From: an uncultured bacterium
GTDB taxonomy: Bacteria; Fidelibacterota; UBA2242
NCBI GenBank assembly: GCA_964605705.1
Contig: CAZSDW010000002.1
Location: 64,145 to 128,144, forward strand
DNA: 64,000 bases
Direction of reading: 5' to 3'
In this document: positions 56,586 to 64,000 of the stretch, piece after piece
How positions within the stretch are numbered: the first letter of the stretch is position 1
Layout: the number at the start of each line of letters is the position of its first letter
Program-made: the position numbers and the translations under genes
Notes under the pieces: model-generated
The model's database searches: none
Told to the model about the DNA's origin: nothing
The model's input: only the letters and a program-made list of their open reading frames with translations

Positions 56586-57386
56586 TCAGATTAATTCCTC
56601 CTCAATATCGGATCGAATTTCACTGGCGTCTGAATCCCAGTAAAGCAGACGACCGCAAAATTCACAACGGTTTAAAGAAGATCCAGATCGAATTTCAACA
56701 ATTTTTTGCGGGGGTACAATTTTATGACAACCTCCGCAAGAAACCTGAGCGGGAATATATTCAATATTTCCCTTTTTATCTAATTTTTCATCAAATATCT
56801 GATTAATCGGGACGATGGCAACACCGTCTTTCGCTCTGCTGATCCGATCATATTCACGGATATAACGCAGTGAAATCAACTTATGGACCTTTTCGCGTTC
56901 TGCTAATAATTTATTTTGGACGGCGTTGGTTTGCTGATTGGTTTTTTCCAGCTGTTCCCGGCGGGTTTTAATGTCACTTGATTTATCGATAAGAGTCAGG
57001 TCTTTACTTTTAATAGATTCTTTCAAACTTTCAAGTTCTTCGTTTAATTCAAGAATCTTATATTCCGCGGCATCAATTTTCTGGCGAACCGAGTCGATCT
57101 CTGTCGTCAAAGCATCATATTCTTTATTGGAGGTGACCAGGTATAATTGATCCTGATATCGTTTTAGATGTTCTTTATTATCTTCAATATCGGCTTGGAG
57201 ATTCTTTTCCTGGAGAACGATTTCCTTTTCACGATTCCGGTCTCTTTCCAGCTCTTTCTCGAGAGTATCAATATTTTTCTTTAAAGTATTCACGACCTGA
57301 GGCAAATCACCCTTCATCTGATTGATCTCAAGCAGCTTGTTATCAATTTTCTGTAGCTTTACCAGATATTCTAACTCTTTGAGCAT
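56586..57386 (-). CDS. Coiled-coil protein with C-terminal C4 zinc ribbon (COG1579-like); start placed at ATG 57386 after SD GGAGG
   Basis: Long heptad-repeat region and C-terminal CGGCH...CEFCGRLL; the longer ORF-track start would read through a terminator hairpin. Confidence 0.65.
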   Translation of the reverse strand: MLKELEYLVKLQKIDNKLLEINQMKGDLPQVVNTLKKNIDTLEKELERDRNREKEIVLQEKNLQADIEDNKEHLKRYQDQLYLVTSNKEYDALTTEIDSVRQKIDAAEYKILELNEELESLKESIKSKDLTLIDKSSDIKTRREQLEKTNQQTNAVQNKLLAEREKVHKLISLRYIREYDRISRAKDGVAIVPINQIFDEKLDKKGNIEYIPAQVSCGGCHKIVPPQKIVEIRSGSSLNRCEFCGRLLYWDSDASEIRSDIEEELI

Positions 57387-57400
57387 TGGACCTCCGTTCT

Positions 57401-57435
57401 CTTTAAAATGAAAATTGCACCGTAATCGGTGCAAT
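57401..57435 (-). terminator. Intrinsic terminator following tRNA-Val
   Basis: Minus strand: ATTGCACCG-auua-CGGTGCAAT then UUUCAUUUU. Confidence 0.6.
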
Positions 57436-57493
57436 TTATATTTTTATATATGTGTTGTACGTTTATTGACGCTTTCAAGACCTAACCTTCCTG

Positions 57494-57567
57494 TGGGCGA
57501 TATCCGATTTGAACGGATGACCTTCCCGATGTGAACGGGACGCTCTGACCAACTGAGCTAATCGCCC
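57494..57567 (-). tRNA. tRNA-Val (anticodon CAC); CCA not encoded
   Basis: Hand-folded cloverleaf: acceptor GGGCGAT/ATCGCCC, D-arm GCTC-AGTTGGTCA-GAGC, anticodon stem TCCCG/CGGGA with loop TTCACAT, T-arm ATCCG-TTCAAAT-CGGAT. Confidence 0.85.
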
Positions 57568-57669
57568 CGTGATCCTTGTGAAGAAAAAGCGTGAAAATTT
57601 ATCTAAAAAATGGCATTAAATCAACAGGATTCATTACTAATGTTGAATATAAATTTGTCGAATTTGACT

Positions 57670-59067
57670 TTATCGTCGGAAAAATGTCTTAAGAATATTT
57701 GGAGTATAGATAATTAATGAGATAAATAATCCTAAAAAGAATGGTTGAATATTAAAGGGATATTCAGGTGTTGTCAGATTGCCCCGGGTAATTCCGATAA
57801 TTAACCAGATTGCGGTTCCTCCAAAAGTTGATATCATTGAAGTAACCGTCGCGTGTTTTGATGCCTTCAATTTTTGAAAAAATACTGAAACAAGTGGAAG
57901 CAGAAGACTTGGAATAATCAATGATCCCATAAAATACCAGATTTTGACAACCGATGGCACCAGCGACAGGAGGATAACAGAAAAGACCAATGTCAATCCC
58001 AAACCGACCTGGGTGGCGATGGTCACATCAGTATTTTTCCTGATGCGCCAGACAATATCTCTGCCGAAGCTGACCGCAGCCAGGAAGGAATTTGAATCAA
58101 GCGTGGACATGATTGTTGCTAGTAAAGCGATAAAAAATAATCCGCTGAGGATAGGTGGGAGAATCTGTTCGCCCAGGAGCGGGAATGCCATTAAACCGGG
58201 GATGTCTTTGAAAATTGCGCGGGCATATAATCCGGCAGTTGTGGTAAAAAAATCAAATGTAATCCAGAAGCCCACTGAAATAATGATTCCGTTACGGGCT
58301 GTTTTAGGAGTCTTAGCCGCATAACAGCGTTGGTAAAATCCCGGATCGACAAAAGTCCACAGCGCTATGAAAAACCAGACAAAAATGTATTGAAAATTCT
58401 GACCGCCGCTCAATTGCAGGTGTGCCCGGGGTAGGTTCTCTCTCAGAAAAGTGATTCCGCCGAACCGGCTGACCAGGGTAACAACCAGAATGGCGAATCC
58501 GATGAACATCAGGATAAACTGAACGATGTCGGTTTTAACGACCGAATTAAATCCACCGAAAAAGACATACACTGTCGAGAAGATTATTCCGACTAATACA
58601 CCGATCCAGAGCTGAATACTGAAAATCGAGCTGAGTATTATGCTGATCATCAAAAGATAGGAGGCAGGGGAGACCAGTAAAAAAATTAAAATACTGCCAA
58701 TCAATCCTGCGGTTCGACCGAAATTATTATACAGTTGATCGGGAATAGTAAAGAGGTTTGTTCTGCGAATTTTCGGGGCAACAAAAACAGCAAACAGGAT
58801 GGCGAAGAGATAATAGGGCAATGCCTGAGTCACCCAATTCAGTAATCCATAACGATACGTGAATTCCCCGATACCCAGAATGCCACCATACCAGGTTGAC
58901 ACCAGTGTTGCTGTGAATGCGGGTAGGGATAATTTTCGCCCTGCTAAAAGAAAATTTTCAGGATTATCACGCTGCTGCCGGGAAGACCGCAATCCGATGA
59001 TTAGAATTGCTGCCAGGTAGATCAGGATCAGGAGTTTATCAATTGGCGCGAGGTGTACAGGATTCAT
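57670..59067 (-). CDS. Sodium:solute symporter family transporter
   Basis: 465 aa, 13-TM SSF topology pattern. Confidence 0.7.
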   Translation of the reverse strand: MNPVHLAPIDKLLILIYLAAILIIGLRSSRQQRDNPENFLLAGRKLSLPAFTATLVSTWYGGILGIGEFTYRYGLLNWVTQALPYYLFAILFAVFVAPKIRRTNLFTIPDQLYNNFGRTAGLIGSILIFLLVSPASYLLMISIILSSIFSIQLWIGVLVGIIFSTVYVFFGGFNSVVKTDIVQFILMFIGFAILVVTLVSRFGGITFLRENLPRAHLQLSGGQNFQYIFVWFFIALWTFVDPGFYQRCYAAKTPKTARNGIIISVGFWITFDFFTTTAGLYARAIFKDIPGLMAFPLLGEQILPPILSGLFFIALLATIMSTLDSNSFLAAVSFGRDIVWRIRKNTDVTIATQVGLGLTLVFSVILLSLVPSVVKIWYFMGSLIIPSLLLPLVSVFFQKLKASKHATVTSMISTFGGTAIWLIIGITRGNLTTPEYPFNIQPFFLGLFISLIIYTPNILKTFFRR

Positions 59068-59732
59068 AGAGAACGAAGCGGTGTAATTAAGATCAGCTGC
59101 CCTTTATCAAATGAAAGTTCGACAGTATCGGTTGTAGTACTGTTACTCACCCCGCGCGAACCCTCCGATAGGTCTTCCTGATCCAGATTCCATTTTAATC
59201 CCTGAGTCCGAACATTATACGCCACAGGCAAACCAAACAGTGAAACAGAGTAATTTTTTTTGAAACCGATCGAATACGATCCGGGCGGTAAAAGAATATA
59301 TTCAGAATTTATTGAGTATATCTGAATGGTCATAATCCGGCTGAATTTTTGGGCGATCTGTAAAGTAGCAAAACTTTGATCGTCCCGGTCGCCCAGAAAT
59401 CCAAGTAATAAAATATTTCGATAAACGGTCTCCTGGAAAATGTAGTTAAATCCCTTTTCAAGATCATTTTCCTGTTGAGAATCAACGGATCTGATCATGA
59501 CTCCATTGGCTGAGAAGAACTTGTGGGAATCTTTACGGATGGAATCAAGATCACCAATGATCAGATGCGGGGTGATCTGATGATCGTATGCATAATTTGC
59601 TCCACCGTCGGTACAGATAATGAATTCGGCTTTCGCTAGAATTTTGTCACATAAGTCTTTCCGGGGAAATTCAGCATTTCCCATCAGAACACAATAGGGA
59701 TTTTCAGGAACCTGATATATCGGGTTGATCAT
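59064..59732 (-). CDS. Thiamine pyrophosphokinase
   Basis: LIIGDLDS motif and ~220-aa size. Confidence 0.7.
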   Translation of the reverse strand: MINPIYQVPENPYCVLMGNAEFPRKDLCDKILAKAEFIICTDGGANYAYDHQITPHLIIGDLDSIRKDSHKFFSANGVMIRSVDSQQENDLEKGFNYIFQETVYRNILLLGFLGDRDDQSFATLQIAQKFSRIMTIQIYSINSEYILLPPGSYSIGFKKNYSVSLFGLPVAYNVRTQGLKWNLDQEDLSEGSRGVSNSTTTDTVELSFDKGQLILITPLRSL

Positions 59733-59752
59733 TTAAAATTACCGGATGGAAT

Positions 59753-60673
59753 TTAAAATAGTTTCTCGTACAAGGGGATATTGTTTTTTTGGGTACATTT
59801 CAAAAATTTACTAATATCGATAATGAAATTGAATTGGCGCATTTCATCGATGACAGCCTTCTGGTACTCTTTGGAATTGAAATATTTCAGAAGATATTTT
59901 TCGAGAGGCAGGATGAGATACTCGGTGTCCCAGACCAGTGTTGTTCCTTTGACATGATTGATAATACAGTCAAAATGAGCTGCCCAGGCGACGGTGTGGA
60001 ATTTATATTTTGACAGAAGATCGCGATTAATTGATTGCAGAATCGCATGGTTGCGGGGATTGGTGAAGATAAAATCCTTGGTAAACATGAACGCCGTATG
60101 ATAATAGCGCGGTTTATTGATCATACCCTCCAGGTGAAGCCGACGGGTCAGCAGAATTAAAATCTGGAGCATACGCTCGCCTATTCCTAATCCGGGGTAA
60201 AGTTGTCCGGGTAATTGCGGTCGCCTTTCATCGAAAGTCATTTTCGGATTCTGAAGTAACAGCCATTCCACCTGAAGTAAATTGGGATTGCGGTGCGGAA
60301 ATTGGGGAAGTGAACTCTGTGGAAATGTAACCGGTCCCTTTTTTAGCACCATTTCACAAATTTTATGATCGTCGGATTCTTTTCCGGTATAAACAAACAT
60401 CCGATGAGCATGGGGATCACTGGTGTCAATCTCGACCAGTAAATCTGTTAGACCCACTCTTGCCAAAGCTTCGGTAAGCCCAAATGCATCGATGACGTTC
60501 TTGAGTCCCTGCTTCGAGAAGATGCCCATAAAGAATGAAGAACTCTGAGCCACCCTGCCATCCGTAAAAATATCATCCATGCTCAGATCTTCAGAATTGC
60601 CACCCGCCTGCAAATCGGATAAAGTCATCTTGCGAGCAATTTTTACATACTGTTTACGGTATCGGCTTTTCAT
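59753..60673 (-). CDS. Hypothetical protein, 306 aa, no recognisable family
   Basis: Intact ORF with coding-like composition; downstream of and co-directional with the NifS-SelD fusion. Confidence 0.5.
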   Translation of the reverse strand: MKSRYRKQYVKIARKMTLSDLQAGGNSEDLSMDDIFTDGRVAQSSSFFMGIFSKQGLKNVIDAFGLTEALARVGLTDLLVEIDTSDPHAHRMFVYTGKESDDHKICEMVLKKGPVTFPQSSLPQFPHRNPNLLQVEWLLLQNPKMTFDERRPQLPGQLYPGLGIGERMLQILILLTRRLHLEGMINKPRYYHTAFMFTKDFIFTNPRNHAILQSINRDLLSKYKFHTVAWAAHFDCIINHVKGTTLVWDTEYLILPLEKYLLKYFNSKEYQKAVIDEMRQFNFIIDISKFLKCTQKNNIPLYEKLF

Positions 60674-60713
60674 TTGGTTATTTTTTTTAGGTTACTAAGT
60701 TAGTGAACTTCGA

Positions 60714-62918
60714 TTAACGATCAATAAAAATCTTGCTCCGATCTGATTCTTCGAAAGTTCCAATCCGACTCGCCGGGTGTATCCCGGATTGCTCTAATTC
60801 CCTGATAATATTATCCGCATTTGATTCCGGTACTGCCACAAGCAGACCACCCGAAGTCTGGGCATCGGATAATATGATTCGTAAATAGTTTGTGACTTTA
60901 TCATCCCAGATGACCCTACCTTCCAGGAATTCCATATTTGCATCAGTCCCGCCGGGAATGACATTACGGCGAACCATTGCGATGGTATCCGGAATGATCG
61001 GAACCTGGGAACTATTTACTCTCGCTGATATGCCGCCGGCTCCCAGCATTTCCGACAGGTGTCCCAGTAAGCCAAAGCCGGTTACATCGGTGCAGGCATG
61101 AACAGAATAGTTTTTGAGAATGCCAGCCGCTTTTGCGTTCAAGGTGGACATGATGCGAATGATTAATTCTTTGGTTTTATCGCTTAAGAGTCCGCGCTTC
61201 AATGCCGTTGATAAAATACCCAGTCCGATCGGCTTGGTTAAAATAAGGGCATCTCCCGCTTGTGCGCCGGTATTGCGCCAGATTTTATCGGGATGAACGA
61301 TTCCGGTTACAGACAGACCGAATTTGGGTTCATTATCCTCGATAGTATGTCCGCCAAGAATCGGAATTCCGGCTTCCCGGGCGACCTGCCAGGCACCTTC
61401 CAGAATCCGTTCCAGCACCTTCATGGGAAGTCGTTTTTCCGGAAAAGCGGCGACGTTCAATGCAAATAGCGGTTTCGCGCCCATAGCATAAATATCACTG
61501 AGTGAATTCGCGGCTGCAATGCGTCCGAAATCAAAGGGATCATCGACAATCGGTGTAAAAAAATCGACTGTTGCCACCAGGGAAATTTCATCATTCAGAC
61601 GAAATACGGCGGCGTCATCGGAAGTTTCAAAACCTACCTGGGTAAACTCCGATGGAATCACACTGAATTTTTTCAGGATTTCTTCCAGGTTCTGTGGACG
61701 AATTTTACAGGCACAGCCCAAACCGTGTGTATATTGGGTCAGGCGGATATCCGATATATTGCTGATTGTTACTTCCGTTAACATATTTTCATTCAGGTGA
61801 AGGTAGGTGTCCGTAATCTTGCGGACTGCGATGTTGACCTCCTCCAGACTGGTTGTTCTCCCGATGGAAAACCGAACACTGCCCAGAATCCGGTCGTTGC
61901 TGAATCCCATTGCATGCAAAACGTGAGATGGTTCCGTGCCGTCCGCGTGGCATGCCGCACCGGCTGATGCGGCAATATCGGGCAAATCCGATAAGAGAGT
62001 GTTCGTATCGATACCGGGGAAATAGACATTGACTGTGTTTGGAAGTCGCTTACTAAGATGACCATTCAACTGGATTTGCGGAAGTGCTTTTTTCAGCTTA
62101 TTCCAGAAAAGTGCACCGGTCTTGGTCAATTCCTGAACGATGCTTTGTTCGTTTGATGAAAAGAGTTCGGCAGCGGCTCCCAGCCCGACAATTTCGAGGA
62201 CATTTTCAGTCCCGGGGCGCAATCCATGCTCGTGACCGGCGCCATGGATTAAAGGAATGAGTTTTGTCCCGGTTTTCACATACAAAGCGCCAATACCTTT
62301 GGGAGCGTTCATTTTATGTCCGGCGACAGAGAGCAGATCAACCCCCAGATCCCGGACATCGACATGTATTTTGCCAACCGCCTGAGCGGCGTCGGTATGG
62401 ATTAGAATTCCATTTTTGGTGGCAATTTGGCTGATTTCTTTAATTGGCTGGATCGTCCCGACTTCATTATTTGCCAGCATAATACTGATCAGGATAGTAT
62501 CCGATCGCAAGGCTTTTTGAATATCGTCGGGATTTACCATGCCGCATTCATCAACCGGGAGATACGTGACCGAAAAACCTTTTTTCTGCAGGTAGCGACA
62601 GACCTCCAGGACGGCGGGATGTTCGACTGTGCTGGTGACTATGTGCCCGGTACCATGTAAATCTGCAATCCCTTTGATTGCCAGATTATTCGATTCACTG
62701 CCACCGCTGGTAAAGATCAGTTCTTCGGCTTTACAATTGAGCAGTGTTGCCAGTTGATCCCGGGCAGTTTCAATTGCATTTTTGGCTGCCTGTCCGTAGG
62801 TGTGGCTGCTGGATGGATTGCCATAATGATTCTTTAAATAAGGTGTCATGGCACTGATGACTTCCGGCAACAGTGGTGTGCTGGCATTATGGTCCAAATA
62901 AATCGGTTTGTCAGGCAT
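60714..62918 (-). CDS. Fusion protein: N-terminal NifS/IscS-like cysteine desulfurase (PLP) plus C-terminal selenide, water dikinase (SelD, Cys form)
   Basis: N-terminal half: SVAGHKM PLP-Lys and SAGAACH active Cys. C-terminal half: LTQYTHGLGCACKI (SelD N-terminal Cys/Sec loop), AIR-synthase-like fold with TDVTGFGLLGHL. Confidence 0.85.
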   Translation of the reverse strand: MPDKPIYLDHNASTPLLPEVISAMTPYLKNHYGNPSSSHTYGQAAKNAIETARDQLATLLNCKAEELIFTSGGSESNNLAIKGIADLHGTGHIVTSTVEHPAVLEVCRYLQKKGFSVTYLPVDECGMVNPDDIQKALRSDTILISIMLANNEVGTIQPIKEISQIATKNGILIHTDAAQAVGKIHVDVRDLGVDLLSVAGHKMNAPKGIGALYVKTGTKLIPLIHGAGHEHGLRPGTENVLEIVGLGAAAELFSSNEQSIVQELTKTGALFWNKLKKALPQIQLNGHLSKRLPNTVNVYFPGIDTNTLLSDLPDIAASAGAACHADGTEPSHVLHAMGFSNDRILGSVRFSIGRTTSLEEVNIAVRKITDTYLHLNENMLTEVTISNISDIRLTQYTHGLGCACKIRPQNLEEILKKFSVIPSEFTQVGFETSDDAAVFRLNDEISLVATVDFFTPIVDDPFDFGRIAAANSLSDIYAMGAKPLFALNVAAFPEKRLPMKVLERILEGAWQVAREAGIPILGGHTIEDNEPKFGLSVTGIVHPDKIWRNTGAQAGDALILTKPIGLGILSTALKRGLLSDKTKELIIRIMSTLNAKAAGILKNYSVHACTDVTGFGLLGHLSEMLGAGGISARVNSSQVPIIPDTIAMVRRNVIPGGTDANMEFLEGRVIWDDKVTNYLRIILSDAQTSGGLLVAVPESNADNIIRELEQSGIHPASRIGTFEESDRSKIFIDR

Positions 62919-62929
62919 AATAATGAGAG

Positions 62930-63883
62930 TTATTTGGTTTCAATGAGTAAACTGTAATCGGCGCTTTTAACTGAATGGGTCAACGCGCCGACCGAAATGA
63001 CATCCACACCGCTTTCAGCATAGGTTCTGATTGTCTCGAGCGAAATATTGCCGGAAGCTTCAAAAAGAATGTGGCTGTAGAGTTTTTTCTTTTTGGCTTC
63101 GGCAACCAATTGGGTGATTTCATTCGGTTCAAAGTGATCGAACATGATGACAAAGGGAAAAGGTGCGGTAATGTTATCCAGGTAACCGAGCATTTCCCGG
63201 TATTCATCCGGATTTGTCACTTCAATTTCAATAAATCGTAAATAGGGGTAGGCTGCAATTATTTCCGTAACCGCATTTTTCAGGCTGTCCGGATTGTTCG
63301 ATTCCCGCAAAATCGCCAGGTGGTTTTCCTTTAACATCGCAGCATCATGCAATCCGAGCCGGTGTGTCAAACCGCCGCCGCACTGAATTGCCCGTTTGTC
63401 CAGTAAGCCCCAGAGTGTTTTCCGGGTGCCAACAACAAAAGAGTGTAATCCGGCAATTTTTTCAACATATTCGCAGGTGGTCGTGGCAATTCCGCTGAGC
63501 CGCTGCAGGACATTGAGGATCGTTCGCTCCAGCGATAAAATCTGAGCAGCCGGACCCTCGATTTTCAGAAGTATTTCGCCATTATTGATTTTTTCACCAT
63601 TTTTAAAAACAGTGGTAGTGGTCAATCCGCGCCGCGTACTGAAAAATATTGTTTCATCCAATCCCCCGATTATAGTCGGGGATTTTGCGACAATTTTTGC
63701 ATAGAGGTTTTTGTGATAGGATTGGAGCGGTGTCAGGGATACATCACCACTGTCGATGTCCTCATCCGCCAGATGAGAGAAGGTACTGTAAACGGTATCC
63801 TGATAGGAAGAGCGATTCAGATCCAGATCTTCAACAGCATCAAAGGCATTTCTGATTACGATATTTCTGTCAAGCTGTTTCAT
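62930..63883 (-). CDS. nadC: Nicotinate-nucleotide pyrophosphorylase (quinolinate phosphoribosyltransferase)
   Basis: GTRKTLWGLLDKRAIQCGGGLTHRLGLHDAAMLKENH block. Confidence 0.85.
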   Translation of the reverse strand: MKQLDRNIVIRNAFDAVEDLDLNRSSYQDTVYSTFSHLADEDIDSGDVSLTPLQSYHKNLYAKIVAKSPTIIGGLDETIFFSTRRGLTTTTVFKNGEKINNGEILLKIEGPAAQILSLERTILNVLQRLSGIATTTCEYVEKIAGLHSFVVGTRKTLWGLLDKRAIQCGGGLTHRLGLHDAAMLKENHLAILRESNNPDSLKNAVTEIIAAYPYLRFIEIEVTNPDEYREMLGYLDNITAPFPFVIMFDHFEPNEITQLVAEAKKKKLYSHILFEASGNISLETIRTYAESGVDVISVGALTHSVKSADYSLLIETK

Positions 63884-64000
63884 CGGTTCTAATTTAGGTC
63901 ACACCATGTAATAATGGAAATAATTTAGTCGTCCTAAAATTCTATTTGTGCCTTTGTATATTCCAATGAGTTGTATTCCAGTGCGACGGACGACTGAATG

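Noticed and set aside
57387-57434. N-terminal extension MHRLRCNFHFKENGGP of the zinc-ribbon protein suggested by the ORF track
   Set aside because: The extension runs through the tRNA-Val terminator hairpin. A good SD (GGAGG) precedes the internal ATG at 57386, so the shorter start was used.
60714-62918. Selenocysteine (in-frame TGA) in the SelD moiety
   Set aside because: The SelD active-site loop reads GCACKI with a TGC Cys codon, and the ORF is uninterrupted, so this is not a Sec-containing SelD.
1-64000. CRISPR array or cas genes
   Set aside because: No regularly spaced direct repeats of 25-40 bp with unique spacers were seen in any intergenic region, and no Cas-like ORFs are present.

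Overview
The window is a bacterial chromosomal segment with an apparent coding-region GC content of about 45-50%. Most of it is syntenic housekeeping DNA: efp-accB-accC, gcvH-gcvPA, xerC/D-like recombinase, mutL-miaA, a glnK-amt pair, pyrR-pyrB-pyrC, rplM-rpsI-rpsB-tsf-pyrH-frr, nrdJ, der, mazG-ybeY-pgpH-fabH-recJ, rnpB, two tRNAs and nadC. Two proteins end in type IX secretion (T9SS) C-terminal sorting domains, and an archaeal-type glycerol-1-phosphate prenyltransferase homologue (GGGPS/PcrB family) sits next to gcvPA. Together these suggest an FCB-superphylum lineage such as Cloacimonadota or Marinimicrobia; this is an inference. Inserted among the core genes are several accessory-looking pieces. 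The clearest is a very AT-rich two-gene restriction-modification-like module (18.2-20.1 kb). It is flanked by two direct copies of a ~40-70 bp palindromic repeat and sits between convergent core genes. Its methyltransferase carries a C-terminal degenerate staphylococcal-nuclease-like domain, and its partner is a 150-aa protein of no recognisable family. A GH2 glycosidase gene is bracketed by ~90-bp imperfect inverted repeats that share core motifs with those R-M flanks. A sigma-54 promoter with upstream repeated palindromes precedes glnK-amt. A NifS-SelD fusion gene is followed by an unknown 306-aa protein. A 162-nt structured ncRNA candidate with a 6S-like architecture lies between yigZ and mazG. 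Three RNA genes missed by the ORF track were located by eye: RNase P RNA, tRNA-Gly(CCC) and tRNA-Val(CAC). All coordinates and motifs were read directly from the sequence; no database searches were run.
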